From Atractiella rhizophila (Eukaryota): a stretch of DNA of 64,000 bases. Location: assembly GCA_021432655.1 (NCBI GenBank), contig MU271209.1, forward strand, positions 1-64,000, in the 5' to 3' direction. A program made the position numbers and the translations under genes. Within the stretch, counting starts at the first letter, position 1; every line of letters starts with the position of its first letter. A model generated the notes under the pieces. The model did no database searches, was not told the DNA's origin, and saw nothing but the letters and a program-made list of their open reading frames with translations. Of the stretch, positions 50,618 to 64,000 are shown piece after piece.

Positions 50618-53600
50618 ATGTCGCACTCTACGCCACGACAGAAGTCGTCACTCCCAAAGTCTGCGAGCGGCAACTCAGTCGTGACACCGCAGGCTGGTGG
50701 CCATGGCATATTCAAGCCCTCTGAACTCTCGAGGATCACGAAGAGCCTCAGTGTAAAGGCAATCGCTGCGAAAGACGCGGTTGAGGTGACGATGTTTTCG
50801 AGGGTAAGCTCTTCTCCTGTTATCGGTACCTGGGGCAAGTGTTGAATCATTGTTTGTTCCTCTTCTTGCTTGGTTGGATCCAGGTTACGATTCCCAATAT
50901 GTGTGTTGTCTCTCTTATCCCAGCTGGAAAGAGCTCACCAGAGTGTTGTTTGCAGGGCACCAGGAAGCACGAAACAGTTTCCCCTATTTCATGAGCCCTC
51001 CTCTGTCCCCTTCCGTCTCGTCCACACTATGCATCAAGCGCTCCCATCCTCCGGCACGCTTCATGCTCCGGAAGCCGATCCTCAGGCAGTTCTTGCAGCT
51101 AAGGAGCTCGGTATCAAAGTTGTGAAATATCGTCGTGGTACACCAGGAGGCGAGGGTGACGGATTAAGCATGAAGATCACTGTGCGGAACTTTGCAGTCT
51201 GCTTGGTGGTGAAGAATTCTGGAGGAGCGCACGGACACGGAAGAGTAGGAGTCAGGAGTCCTGAACCTATCGGCGGTGGGAGAGCAAGTCCTACCCCCAG
51301 TATGGCGTCCACTGTCATGAACGGGGACGAAAAAGAAGGGACGGACTATCTACTCGCCATCGAAATGGAGGTGGGATACGTCTATCATGGCCCTTCAGAC
51401 CTCCCTGCTTGTGTCTCCATCCCCACACCATTCTGTTTGCGGAACACCCTCAAATTCGTCCTCCCTTCGTCATCGTCATCCCTTCTGGACGTTGTTTCTC
51501 CTTCCCGACGGTCCAAAACTCACGCAGCGGCGAACAACGATTTCGAAGTAAAGGTCCTTCCTGCGTTGAGGGAGAAAGCCAGCAACGTTCACAAGACCGT
51601 CAACCGCAGGCGATCCATGGCATTTGAAGGCATTGCTTCCAGCTCCGAAGACGAAGGGGACGCTCCAACAGACGACGGCGATACAATAGAGGGAAACTTC
51701 TCCAGCACGGAAAAGTTGGATATCCGCTGGGTTCAAGGGACGAGCTCTAATAGAGATGGGATGGAATGGAAGACCGCGGACACAGATTTCGAAATGCGTG
51801 TTGGACGATATACAGAAAGCCTCCTAGACCCTGATCAAACGGAGGGGCAAGACGTGACGGTTTCTTCGACTGGACGAGTACCGGTCAATTTCACTCTGAT
51901 CTCCAAACTTTCCGGCCTCACTTTCCCTTCGTGCGATGACACGGGACTCGTAGAGCTAGAGATTGACTCTTTCGTGAATTCGGTCTCAGAAGGTGGGGGA
52001 GCAGGAGAAATGCTCAAGTTGGAAGATGTCAAAGTGGAGGGCTCTTCCATCGCTTCTTGGGAAATTGTGAATTCTCAGTCGAACACAAAGGTCACAACTT
52101 CTCGCGGTCTTCAACGCCGTCCTTCATCCATCTATTCAGATCTCGCTTCCAGCGAGCTCACGCCTGGCAAACGTCCCTCTGCAGCTCCTCTGCAGAGTCG
52201 ACCATCTTCTATCGCATCTGCAGCATCTGCGGGAAGTGGAAGTGACATCAGCCTCATGAACACACGAGCGCCATTTGGCCGCGAGAGCGAAATTGAGATG
52301 TCATTCGAGAACTCTATCAATCATGCAGCTTTGGACGATCGACGATCTCCTTCACCCTTTCCTGAACGAGAACAGACAAAGAGTACCTTCATACTAAAGA
52401 TGTATATCGACGTTCTGCAAGTCCTGAAGGAGTTTGCAGAGACTACAGCTCAAGCGAAGACCAGTCCAATGATTGACTCAAGCAGTTTGACGCCAACTCT
52501 ACAGTTCACCATGGAAGGCACCATGCTACTTGCTTTCAAGGCTGGCGAGGCTACGCCCATGACCTCCGACTCAGAATCGGATAGCTGGATTGACGTTGAA
52601 GGCGCCGATAGAAGGAATCTCTTGCCTCTTCCCCTCTTCCGGTACATTAACGTTCAATCCCAAACCACCATAATCACTGTAATACCACCATCGCCTTCAA
52701 GCAGGGGGCGACATTCGAAGTCGGAAGGAAGCAGGATCAAGATCCCGAATGGGCTCCCCGTCCTTCCCCTTGATCCAAGCCTCAGGCTGCCTTCAAATGC
52801 GATACGAACCAGGCTCGCTCTCCAACCTGCACATCGTGGGTTTGTTGCCCCGCTTAATGCCAGATTGCACATCTCGATACCGTCCAGTTCTTCCGCCTCC
52901 GCATTCAAGGCTCAACGTCCCTTGTCCCCTCCGGCTAGTTGGGAACCGCCAGACGAACACCTCGTGTCTCCTCTTAGTCGCGGACCCAAAGGTTTCTCGT
53001 CAATTCGAGACTCCAAAGACAACCTTCTCTCTTCCATTGCCTCTACTTCTGCGTCGGCCTCTCAGAGTCCAAATATGAACTCTTCACTTGACTCCCGTAG
53101 ATCACTGCCTCAACCGCCATCTGTCGACATCACAGAAATCAGCTTATCCTCCGTCAAGATCCTTTTAGCTCCAGCGGTTGAGAAAGAGAAGGACAGTATC
53201 TCCTATGGACACATCACCACCTTTCTTCCCTACTTCTCACCGGGCGAGAATGAGGAGCGTCGCACCTTCGTCATACAGTTCGAAGTTGCGACTGGACGAA
53301 GAATAGTCATTAACCCAGGCTCATGCTCTCTCGATGGCCAGATTGTGAAGTTTAATACCGTCTGGAGCGACAAACCCGACGGACAAATCTGTCAAGTTCT
53401 GATGGACGTCGGGTCGGGTGACGATTGGAAGGACGGAGTGAACGCTGGGAGGCTACAGCTCCTTTACTGCGTCGAAGGAGAGGGAGACGTGAATGTGCCG
53501 CTCCCAAGATTCCCATGTTCGGTAGCTTTTATGGAGGTTGAAGTTGCTGTTCAAGAAGGAGGTGTGTCCTTTGTACGATGTAGTAACCGTTGCAATTCTG

Positions 53601-54208
53601 ACCGACCGCGGCACAGGCACAGATGTCGACGCAACCTCATCAACAAGAGCTTTCAAGACTCGTAACAATCCAACATCCATTCTGTTCCGGTATTTCTCGC
53701 TTCCAGCTTTCGCCCCTTCGACCAACATCTTCATTCAACCCATCTCCGCAGCCCCTTCTTTGACATTGTCAACTCCCGAAAAGGTTGCGGCTGTCCTGCG
53801 GACGACAAAGGCATCTCACTTCGGCCTACGAGCTGGCAAACCCTTCTAGTGCTCATTCTTCTCTTTCTTTGGATCTTCCTGTCTGTCGGCAAAGAGATCC
53901 ATTCCTTTCGTGAGAAACTAGATGCTTTCGACCGCTCCCTCCTTTCCGATAGATTTGCAACCTGCACTCTGCCTGAAGCGGCTCAACCCCCTCCTTCCCT
54001 TTCAACAGCGGATGTACCCACGATGGCTCCAACAGGACACCCATACAGGGACACCCACGGAGGCCATAATGCGTTAATGGATGGCATGACCAATAATAGT
54101 CCCCTGATTACATTTATTTCTTCGCCTGTTGAGCTCACAAGAAAAAGCTTGCGATTTGTGGGTAATATTTTTGGAATCCGCCTTTTGTGGAGGAAACTCT
54201 TCGGTTGA
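50618..54208 (+). CDS. Large Ser-rich hypothetical protein with C-terminal hydrophobic segment
   Basis: 931-aa ORF core flanked by short spliced exons; no family recognised. Confidence 0.7.
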
Positions 54209-54361
54209 ATTTGGCCTCTTTCGAATTTCTGTGAATAACACTGAATACCTAGTATTTCTGTTTGCACCATTTTGTTAAGAAATTGTCGTTAAGATGTGAT
54301 GTTCGTTCCCATTAGATACCTCCTATGTTTTCAGGATATATCTTGCAACTGGTGCATTGCA

Positions 54362-54441
54362 AACGGTCAACGTAGGGACAGACAGTATAACGGTCAACGT
54401 AAAGACAGGCAGTAAACGTTCAACGTAAGGACAGACAGAAT
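54362..54441. repeat. Minisatellite, three 26-27-nt units
   Basis: AACGKTCAACGTARRGACAGRCAG at 54362, 54389 and 54415. Confidence 0.85.
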
Positions 54442-54451
54442 GTTCGACAGT

Positions 54452-55461
54452 TTAACAGGCCTCGTAGCGATAGTTCTTCTTCCCCTTCGCGACCACATCC
54501 CTATCCCTCAAGATAACAGGCGACTTCCCTCCCCGCGCTTTGCACGCAGTCTTATAGGCAGCAATGCCATCTGAGGAGTCGCTGTACTCGATCTCGATGA
54601 CATATTCTCCATAGAGATCGGTGTAGGAATCGCACTCTTCCCACTGCTGGCACTCTTCAGCGATGGCAAACTATTCCCGGAGGTATGCAAGGTTCATCAA
54701 TCTAGTAAGAAGATAGAGAAAGCAAATACATCGAATCCAACAGTTTTCTTATCAGAAGCACTGATTTGAGTGTTCTTCTGAGCGTATGCCAGGCCAAGGG
54801 AATGGGCAAAATCGGCCAGAAGTTTCGAGAAAGCGATATTGTTTGCCTTGGTGAGGAGCTTGTTGGATCGGGTGAACGTGTCTAGATTATCGGGTTCGAT
54901 AGCATCGAAGCCCTTTCACCCCTGATTGTCAAATCCAAACCACATCGGACTAAAGAAGGTACCTTGTCAGCGCAGCCTTGAATCAATTCTTTCTGGATAG
55001 CGAAAAGAGCTGAACGCTTCGCAGCAGTTGTAGTGTCGAGAAAGAATTCTCCAGGCCAATCCTCGTCTTCAAAGTAGGCACCGTTCTTCTTCTTCAACAA
55101 CAAATCCGGATGATTGGTCTTCCACCATTTTTCGTCCCCGGGCTGGGACTACATTTTCTTGTCATCCCAAGGTTCCAAAGTTACCAACGAATCATACCTG
55201 AAATCTGCACCGACAGTTGTTATCTCTTGGCTCAAAGTCGAAATGAACAATGACATACGCGTTGATGTAACATATATTGTAAAGGCCTTTAACAGGGTTT
55301 TCAGCATTGTCCCTGCTAACAATCTTAACGTCCGAACTGGGCGTGTAAGCACCTCCGATTTGGTAGTCAAACTTCCCGTCAATAGGAAAGAGTTGTCCAA
55401 CTTTGGCGTGTACCGTGGAGAGGACGAACGAGGCGAGGAGGGAAATGATAAAGGAAGTCAT
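54452..55461 (-). CDS. Secreted GH114 endo-alpha-1,4-polygalactosaminidase-like protein
   Basis: Signal peptide, FDYQIGGAY, YNICYINA, DWPGE, GFDAIEPDN, AQKN. Confidence 0.85.
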
Positions 55462-57371
55462 AGTCAACTAGCAGATTGAATGAGAAAGAGGGATATATAT
55501 GAGATGAGGGTTACAAAGGCACGTCGCCTTTTATAAAGTCATCTGCCAAACAGCAACGTACTTGCTGCACAAACAGAGTGCTCAGGATGCTCAAGATCCT
55601 TAACAACGTTGACACACCGCCCACTTCTCGCTTGGGCTTCTGGCTTCTGTGTCCTCATCCCGAGAACGAAGGACGTCTCACACAATTGTTTCCTCCCGTC
55701 TCCTTATTCCCTCATCACCCGCTTTTTGTGAAACGTGTATCCATATCCAGCTAGCGAAGATTCCGCCGCAGAATACTTATGCGAATCCTGCCCGTGTACG
55801 TCCATCATGTTTTAAATACTGTTGAGTATTACTGCACCCCTTCGAAGACCGAGGCTACTTTTTCTGAACAGCAAGTAAAAACGAGCCCCTCAAATTATTG
55901 AAGCTAGCAGCCCACCATTCTGTGCCGAGAACTGGTGAGCGTAATTACTCTATGACGGAACAACTGACTCAGAGTAAGCATTTTACTGAGGAGGACTAAG
56001 TTGCCAGACACGTTGATCATGGATGCTGATGTTGGCATGCTACCGTGCGACATGGATGTTTGATCAAAGCGAAGGGCTCTTAAATAGCCTGCTAGGTTCA
56101 CACACCACATGAAGCACAGTTGTGTTTTGCTGGAGTATATCCGAACCTTCAAACTTAAAATACATGCTGGACGAACTCAGATTTTCAGAACCAGACCAAG
56201 TTCCACCACGAATAAAATTACAACTCTCAGCCAAGTTGGCCCAACAGCGTTTGAGTTCAAGATGTCAAAGGGGGATTAGAGCCAGAGCCAGCTAGTACAT
56301 GAAAGGTTGTCGGCTACTTGTAGTCTGTTGGTTGTGTAGTGTGAGTTGAGACTCTGCTTCAGGTACTTCTACGAAACGTTCTCTAGCCGCGAAAGTTTGA
56401 AATAGTGGCACTACAAGAGATTTATGGCAGGGCTGAGCCATTCTTATCAAGACATATATTGTGATTCACATACATTACTATCCTGAGCTCTTTTGCAGAG
56501 CATTGAGCCCACTGAGGGATGATGGGGTGCGAAGCTGTTTGTACAATGAAGTAGTACTGAAGTACTGATGGTACTCATCAGACATCAGTTGCATCCCTAT
56601 CAAGTCGTTCATGGATAATGACAAGCAGCAAGTGGCGGATGGCATAAGATGGTTTGCGAGCCACTGATTTCGATGTGATACACAGTGGCTCCGAGTCGAC
56701 ATCTAACGCGTATAACCTGCATTTCTGCACACTTGAGAAAACATTCTCCCTTCAGTCTGTCATTCACGACGAGTTGGAGTCTAAGCGAAAAATAGCAGTC
56801 TCGTCCGCACAAGATGTGAAATATTCCTGAAGACGTTGGGAAAATTTGCACAGCTGCCTGGGTTATTGAAACCGAGGGCTGGGATACAGCTGACATCGAT
56901 ATCGATATGCGTCGCGTTCAGAACGATAAATAATTCGGGAGGGATGTGCATTGTTTTCAATGGTCGACATGTCGTTTGAAACAAGTGCCTCAGCGAGAGA
57001 GAGAAGCAGGCAACTGTTTCCACAACTAAGCATTGAGCTCCTGCAACAACCCACCAGTGCCGTTGCGGTTAGACTGGGTTGAGGACGAGCTGCTCGCCCG
57101 TCAAGAAGGCCTCCTACTCGCGATTATGCCAACAGTTTATTATTTATTCGACCTCCTCGTTCTCGTTAGATGCAGTCGTGCAGGGAGAGCTGCCTTCTCC
57201 CGCAGCTCCCTACCCTGTCGTCGGCTTCCCTGCCAAGTAGGGCACAGTAAGAACTGTCTGACCTACTGCGTCAATATCCCACCGATGTCGGGGTTTGATG
57301 TGGAGGCATCAGCATAAAAACCCAGGACCCCTTGAAACGTTGTGACCCGACTTCCGGCTTCCCAAGAAATC

Positions 57372-58898
57372 ATGCCTACCTATAGCACGGAGGACCTGCA
57401 ATCATATCGGATCACCAACGTTTTCGATGTTTCAAACAAGGCACGTACCTTCCTGATGAACTCACTTTTATTGAAGAGGTCGCCTTGTCTCTCAGCGGGT
57501 CGTAGTCTCTGGTTGGCTTGCCAATTGTAACATAAACTGTTCTCACTCGGTTTAGGTGGCGGGACAGGTATCGGTAGGCTCAGGCTCACTAAGCCATTGC
57601 TTCAGCGTTAACAGTGAAACTCCTGATAGGGTTGATGCTGGCGATGGCATTCGCTGCCAACAACGCGATTGTTTACATTGTGGGAAGGAGGAAGGACAGG
57701 TTAGAGACTGCTGCAGCCACCTTCGGTGCGCTAGTCCCCCAAATTTGACGAAGATCTACATTGATGCGCCACGTAGAAAACTCAAAAAGCCCCTCCATAG
57801 AAGGCAAAATAATACCGTTTGTTTCTCCCCTTCATGAGGTATTTACGCTCAGAGTATCCAAAGGCTTGTCGGGGACGTAGGGAGCAAAGAGAAAATAGCT
57901 AAGCTCGTCAAAGTGCGTCCATCGTGCTTATTTCAAGACAGGGAGACTTATGGGATTCACAGGATTACGAGGACAAAGAACAAGTCCTTCATGTACTCAT
58001 CAACGGTGCCGGCGTATCCTCATCATTGAGAAGATATGATGTCGACGACGGCAAGCTTTGACCCCTTCGTTTTGATGTTGAATCACCAAAGTCCACAGCT
58101 TCCATCATACAACAAAAACTTTGGGATCATTCAGAGTATGCCACTTCTTTGTCTTATCCTGAGCTACTTTATTCAGTCTTGCAGGGACGATTTCTTCAAG
58201 ATGATGAACACTCACGTCGCATCAGTATATTGGACATCAGTCGACTTTATCCACTTGCTGCAAAAAGGTGTGCCAACCGACGAAGATCGGTTCAGGGGTA
58301 GCGAATGTGCGTCTTTTCTGTGAGCGTGTCAAGGCAATTATGATGTTGACGCAGGTCCGTGCATCATAAACCTTTCCTCCCTAGCCGGGAACCACATTTC
58401 ACGCATCGGAATGGAAGCATCATATTCCTCCTCTAAGGCTGCCACGCAACACTTGACTCGCGTGCTCGCCGGTCGCTTCATGCCCTTACATATACGGGTC
58501 AATTGCATTGCTCCGTTCGTCTTGCTGATGACTCCTTGGAGAAAGCTGACGATCAAAACAGTGGCCTTTTTCCGAGCGAGATGTCGAATCTACCAGAAGA
58601 CATGTCTAATTTTGATGAACTCCCTCCAATTCTTCAGATGTTTATGAAGAACATACCGGAAGGGAGAGCAGGCAGTGTGGCTGACATTGCAGTGCGTTCA
58701 ATCAATGAAGTTTATCAGGACATGATTTGATTAGAGGAAACAGGGACCTGCCATCATGATGGCTTCTCGAGCAGGAGCATACATTAACGGAGCCATTCTC
58801 GCTGCAGATGGCGGGAGATTGATGGTGCGTTTTTGCTATGTTCTCTCTCCCTTGAGGCTTAAAGGACTTGGCAGGTGGCATCTGCAAAAGCAGGATAA
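57372..58898 (+). CDS. Short-chain dehydrogenase/reductase
   Basis: SGGGTGIG built from 16- and 18-nt exons, LINGAG, YSSSK, RVNCIAP, ADGG. Confidence 0.88.
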
Positions 58899-58938
58899 GA
58901 GAACAGAACATGAATTTCGATACATCTTTACTTATCCA

Positions 58939-60149
58939 CTACTTTTTTACACTGTACTTGTGCACAGCTTCCAAAAATGCTTTCATTCCCTCCTCAGGGT
59001 CCACTCCAGGCGTGATCCCATGCCCCAGGTTACAGATATGCCTTCCTCCAGTGCCGAAGCCTTCATTACCTAAAATCATCTCTTTCACTTCTCTATCTAT
59101 GGCTTCTCGTCCAGCATATAGGATACTGGGATCCAAGTTGCCCTGAATAGTCACATTGGATCCGATCAGTTGCCGTGCATCCTTCGGGGAGATCTTCCAA
59201 TCGATCCCTACCGTTTCGTACCCCGAGTCGGCAAGAAGAGGAAGGGATTGATTTGCTCCCATTGCAAATATGGTCATAGGGACAGCAACGATTGATAAAG
59301 AGGCAAGGCGTTCGCGCACCCGTTTGGAAATGTACCGGAGATAGGGGAGGGAGAAGGTACGGAACTCTTTGGGTGTCAGCTCGCCAGCCCAGGAATCGAA
59401 AACCTGAACCAACTAGTCATAATAAGAGGCATCAATTTCTGCGTTGAACAGTTCAATGGGAAAGCGAAGACAAACCTGTGCGCCAGCTCGAATTTGTCCA
59501 ATCAAGAAGTCTGCACAAGCATCTGCCGTCTTCTGAAGCAACTTATGGCTCTCCTCCGGATGCTTGTAGAGCCAAGTTTTCGCCTTATTGAATCCTTTCC
59601 CGCCTCCACCTTCGATCATGTAGGCGACCAGGGTCCAAGGTCCTCCCACGAAGCCAATGAGGGGAACTTCTCCGTTCAACTGTTGTCGCACAAGTTTGAT
59701 AGCTTCATAAGCATATCCAAGCTCCTTGTCTACATCGACATGCTTCTTCACGATTTCCAATGCTTCTTCAGGCGTCGAGATCGGGGAAGGAAAGAAGGGA
59801 GCTGGATTCATCTCAACTACAAGCCCGAGAGCTTGTGGGATGACGAGGATGTCACAGAAGAGGATTGCGGCGTCCAAAAGCCCCTTGTAGCGGCGTACAG
59901 GTTGGATGGTGATCTCGGCGGCGAGAGAAGGAGTCTGGCAAATTTCAAAGAAGCTGTGTTTTTCTCGAACAGCTCGAACTAATATTCCAAAAAAAAATCT
60001 GAGGACGCGATCATTGTGTGTGAAGGGAACACACATTCAGGAAGATAACGCCCAGCTTGACGCATCACCCAGACCGGAGAACGCTCAACGTTTTCTCCGC
60101 GTGCCGCTCGTAGCAGCAGATCATTCTTCAGTGGCGCGAATTCTGACAT
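58939..60149 (-). CDS. HEM12: Uroporphyrinogen decarboxylase
   Basis: [56 protein letters not shown]. Confidence 0.96.
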
Positions 60150-60547
60150 GTCGCAATGTAATCCTCTGTGCTGGGTTGAATGAGAGAAGCTAGAAACTCT
60201 GTCGGAGCAGCCGTATTGCAATCGCTGTAGGATCCGAGTCGAATTCCAACAGAATGACCACAAAATCCTGCCAATAATCGTGCAGGTAATGGTGGAGATT
60301 TGCTCAAACTTTAAACAAGCCTCTTTGGCATTGGCTACTGCTGCTGAAAAGAAAAGGGTTGACGTTGGCGTAAAGAGTCGCTCATATTATGCTCATTTCC
60401 TCTACCTTTGTATGATAACAGTGTTGAAGGCACCCAGCCATAGACAGTCTGAAAGGAGGGTTGTAGAAAGATACTTTGTTTCGTGCATTCGACTAATGTT
60501 GATGGGGATAATTATTTTGTAGAAATTGATCCTCGACAGCAAGATGC

Positions 60548-61078
60548 TTAGTGTGCCCCCTTCTTAGGAGGCATGAAGTCGTCCCAGTACTGCCTCTCCT
60601 TAATCTCCGCCTCAATTTCCACGATGTGCGGTCTCAGGTAGGCAGTGTCCTTTGACAACATTCTTAGCCAGCGTCCGACCTCAACAAAGCTCTGGAACTC
60701 ACCTGCTCTTCAGTCGTCCACTGCTCCTTGGGAAGTGGTTCGTGAAGCATGGAATAATGGATGGCACGTCGGAGTCTGAATGCTCTGTCGTACTGTTCCC
60801 TCGGCTCAAGCCTTGTGAGAGCCTGCCCATCATAACGACGTCCCAACGTCAATAAACCATTCCCAAAAGCATTCCAACCCAATCGCCGGGGAAGATGAGG
60901 GGTAACAGACCTTTTGAACTACAGGGTTCTCTTCAGTTATCAAGTCGTCCATTTTCAACCCATACTTCCTCCATCCGGCTAGGTCCATATACCTCTGAGA
61001 GGCTTTAGTTCCCCATTCGAACAGACGTGGAAAGCGTTTTAGAGAGCTGGCGAAGGAGGGTGAGAGGACGGATGGCAT
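60548..61078 (-). CDS. QCR7: Cytochrome bc1 complex subunit 7
   Basis: AGWRKYGLKMDDLITEE, ALTRL, YDRAFRLRRA, LPKEQWT, YLRPHI; three exons. Confidence 0.93.
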
Positions 61079-62617
61079 GGCAAGCGAGGTCAAAAGTAAG
61101 TAATGTGAAGTGAATGAAACGGCGGCCTTCCAACAAAACTCCTAAAGATGGTTGGCACGTGACTGGAGCAACCAACAGCATTGTTTTAACACGGACAAGA
61201 CGCTTCAAGGCTGCCAGAGAGAGGAGATGTAACTAAACACGGCAAAGTTTTGTAATGTTCCCATTATCTCATTACTTCCTACATTAGCATTTGGGATGCA
61301 TCTCAGGATTGAAAGAGTAAACCACCTACTCAAAGGATGATCACATAGCCCATGGTAGCTTAGCCCTAGGACAAGTATCCATTCTCCGGAAACCTCAAAA
61401 ATCAGTGTTCGCCATTAACGGTAAAGCAACCGCTTTGCTGGTATACCTTACTAGTACAGGTACAGTATACCTAGTAAATTATTACCAGCACACCTTCTAG
61501 GGTCATGTGACCTCTATGCCATGAGATAAATGGTCAGAATGTTCCGCAAATAGTTGCAACTGAGTTGTAGATAGGAGTTAAGGAGTAGTAGGATGTCCCA
61601 AATACTTCTATTCATGAAAATCAAACTGGAAAAAACATGGAAAATACATCCATCCTCACGGTCCTCACCTATCACCCAGCGCCTCACCAGTGGCCATTCT
61701 CTTAGTCTTTCGGACATGAATATTGTAGAAGTAGTAATCACAGATGAATTCCACCTGTGCGACTTTGCTTTGGGACGCTCGCCCCCCCGATGGTCAGGGA
61801 AACACTGGACCTTATTTCCCTTCACCTGTCCCTGCCTAGTACCTTGCTAGTACAGTAAACGCGAACACCTGTCCTTCAGCACTCTTCCTTTCCTAGGTGT
61901 GCATGCAAGCTGTCACCGCGGTGCCGTTCTCCGTTGTGTACCTAACTTTATGCCTGACTGCTTGAAGTTACCGTGTTGGTCACGTTCCTCTAAGCGTCAC
62001 GCTTAGTGACACCTAAGAAACGCCAAAAGGAATAGATTGCAGACTGAAAGGATTGTAATATAGATTTGTAGAATCGCCGCTTCAAGCTGCAGTAGTAATA
62101 TCGCCGTTTTGAAGTGATGTTGAAAAATGTGGTCTTGTTGCATGTGTTCAGCGGTGTACGCCTGTTCCCGTTCCTTTATCGGTCCCGACAAACGTTGATA
62201 TCGATTTCGAAATGCAAAAGTTTAATTATTCCAAACGCGATCTTGAACGACTGCTGGACAGCGCTAGCCATGCGCTTGCAGATCTTTTTGTGGCTCGCAA
62301 GGTGAACAGACTCAAAACACAGGAAGACAGATTGGACTGGGATTCCCCGTCATGTGAGGTCCACTCATCACGACTCCGAAATATTGTGCAATTGTGCCAC
62401 AGAGAACGACCGCGGTTGACGCTTTTAAACTCTTTATTCTTGGGTTCACTCCATCGGCTGTTGGCTCCGATCACACGACGACTGACAGTTCAGAGTTCTT
62501 ATTTGAAAACCAGCTTAGCGTAGAGAGGTATTTATCCAAGTGGCTTCAACAGTCCACTTCCCCTTTTCGACTCTTTGTCAAGACTCGAATCTACTGGATC
62601 ACAAAGGTCGGCTCAAA

Positions 62618-64000
62618 ATGGTGGCGATGGAGCTGGTGAGTTACTGTCAATCTGCAAAGCCAGCGGAGGACTCATTTGAGGTGTGGGATGAGACGTCCGT
62701 CTTCACATATCTGGCTGCAGCTTGGACCTTTTGCACGATCATCCACCGTCTCCCATTCCCTCTGCTTCCATCCTTCATCAGAAAACACGTCTACAAGCTT
62801 TACTACCCCTTCCACAGCTTCATCTCCGTGGACGATATTCCAGAAGACGAGCAGCCAGGTGGTCCTCCTTCTTCCAGAATCTTGCGTGTCTATTCCACAT
62901 GGAAGTACGCTTTATGGATCGTTTTGAATCTCTTCGAGCTCGGCATTTGGGGTTATCAATGCGTCCGCCTCTCTCTACGAAGCCAGGCTGTAGACATCCC
63001 AGCGCTCCTGGAGACACTCATCTGGGCCTATTCCCTCTTCCGCCTTGCGAGGAAGAAACCACAGACTCCGCCGTACTCCCTGTTCGCAATCTACATCCTT
63101 CTCTTCGTCAAATCTGTCCTCAACCTCCGCCAATGGGTCCTAACCTTTAACATTCACCACGACCACCTGAATGTCTCCAACATCCTCCTCTTCGGCGATG
63201 CGGCAGCCATTCTGAGCATGTTGGGTCTCTTGACCACCCTCCCGTTGCAACCATACGAGATGCCCGAGACGAAGGAAGGCGAAAGGCCACTGAGCCCAGA
63301 CGACTACGTGACCCTGATCGAATGGATGGCTTTCACCTGGGTTGCAAGCCTGATCCGCGTTGCCCAGACGAAAACGATAGCTCAAGGCGACGTTTGGAAG
63401 CTTTCTCCTTTCTTCCACTCCCGTCTAGCCTTTCCAAAATTTCCAAAAGTTCACAGGCAAGATCTTACTCTGGCGAGTCGCACGTGCCAACTCCTTCGAT
63501 CTCATTGTCGGCTTCTTCCTTTACCTTGTATCGACCTGTCTCCTTTACGTCCAACCAATGATGATGAACCGAATCCTCATTGCCATTACTGGGTCGGCGA
63601 GCGAGGGAGAACGATACAGAGCCATCCAGTTTGCTATTTACGCTCTATTCGCTACCATCTTGAAGGCCGAAACGGATGTTTTGAATCTGTGGCACACCAG
63701 GAGAGCGGCCATCAGGACGAGAGCCATGATCCAGACGGGGGTGTACTATAAGAGCTTGTTGAAGAAGGACAGAAGTGGATTTGTCACGAAGGAGGCGGAG
63801 AAATCGGATAAGGATGACAAGAAGAAGAAAGATGACAAGAAGAAGGATGACAAGAAGAAAGATGACAAGAAGAAAGACGAGAAGAAAGTGAATGCCGATG
63901 TTGGCAGGATTTTGAATCTCATGAGCAGTGGTATGTACTGCCTCCCAGTTTCGCTGGCAAGCTTGCTCATCGCTTGCAGATGCCGAACGAGTCTCCAGCA
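62618..64000 (+). CDS. ABCC/MRP-type ABC transporter, 5' part, with apparent frameshift near 63440
   Basis: TMD0-like helices, SPDDYVTLIEWMAFTWV and DVWKL linker, then in a shifted frame VYYKSLLKKD and GRILNLMS; runs off the window. Confidence 0.85.

Noticed and set aside
54362..54441. CRISPR-like array (also 29439-29575)
   Set aside because: Eukaryotic context, 2-3 units, no series of unique spacers, no cas genes.
55900..57050. Degenerate minus-strand coding remnants
   Set aside because: Short stop-interrupted ORFs with no motif I can support.
58939..61078. HEM12 beside QCR7 as a heme/respiration cluster
   Set aside because: No shared regulatory motif seen; chance adjacency is plausible.
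61436..61490. TGCTGGTA/TACCAGCA inverted repeat in a partly CpG-poor spacer
   Set aside because: Only 8 bp, no target duplication or coding remnant.
63813..63887. GATGACAAGAAGAAR repeats
   Set aside because: Low-complexity DDKKK loop within the ABC transporter coding sequence.

Overview
Gene-dense, intron-rich fungal DNA (basidiomycete-like; most introns about 45-60 nt, GT-AG with CTRAC/CTGAC branch points). About 30 protein genes or fragments: NmrA-like, UIM protein, class 3 lipase (broken at an assembly-like junction), a duplicated small membrane protein, peroxisomal 4CL-like ligase, PHO85, a divergent sugar-porter/GH3 pair, GNAT, METTL2/6-like tRNA methyltransferase, succinyl-CoA ligase alpha, SAM methyltransferase, P450, a decayed serine-protease-like gene, SPF27, GCN4/CpcA, PTC7, GH114, SDR, HEM12, QCR7 and a partial ABCC transporter. 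Best leads: (1) a 475-nt intron of the succinyl-CoA ligase gene holding a box C/D snoRNA overlapped by snR30/U17-like motifs, possibly a composite or switchable RNA; (2) GCN4-type uORFs; (3) two more long introns tiled with hairpins; (4) three tandem duplications that look like side-by-side alleles; (5) five GC-AG introns. Exon boundaries and RNA pairings were read by eye and family names are from recalled motifs; no searches were run.
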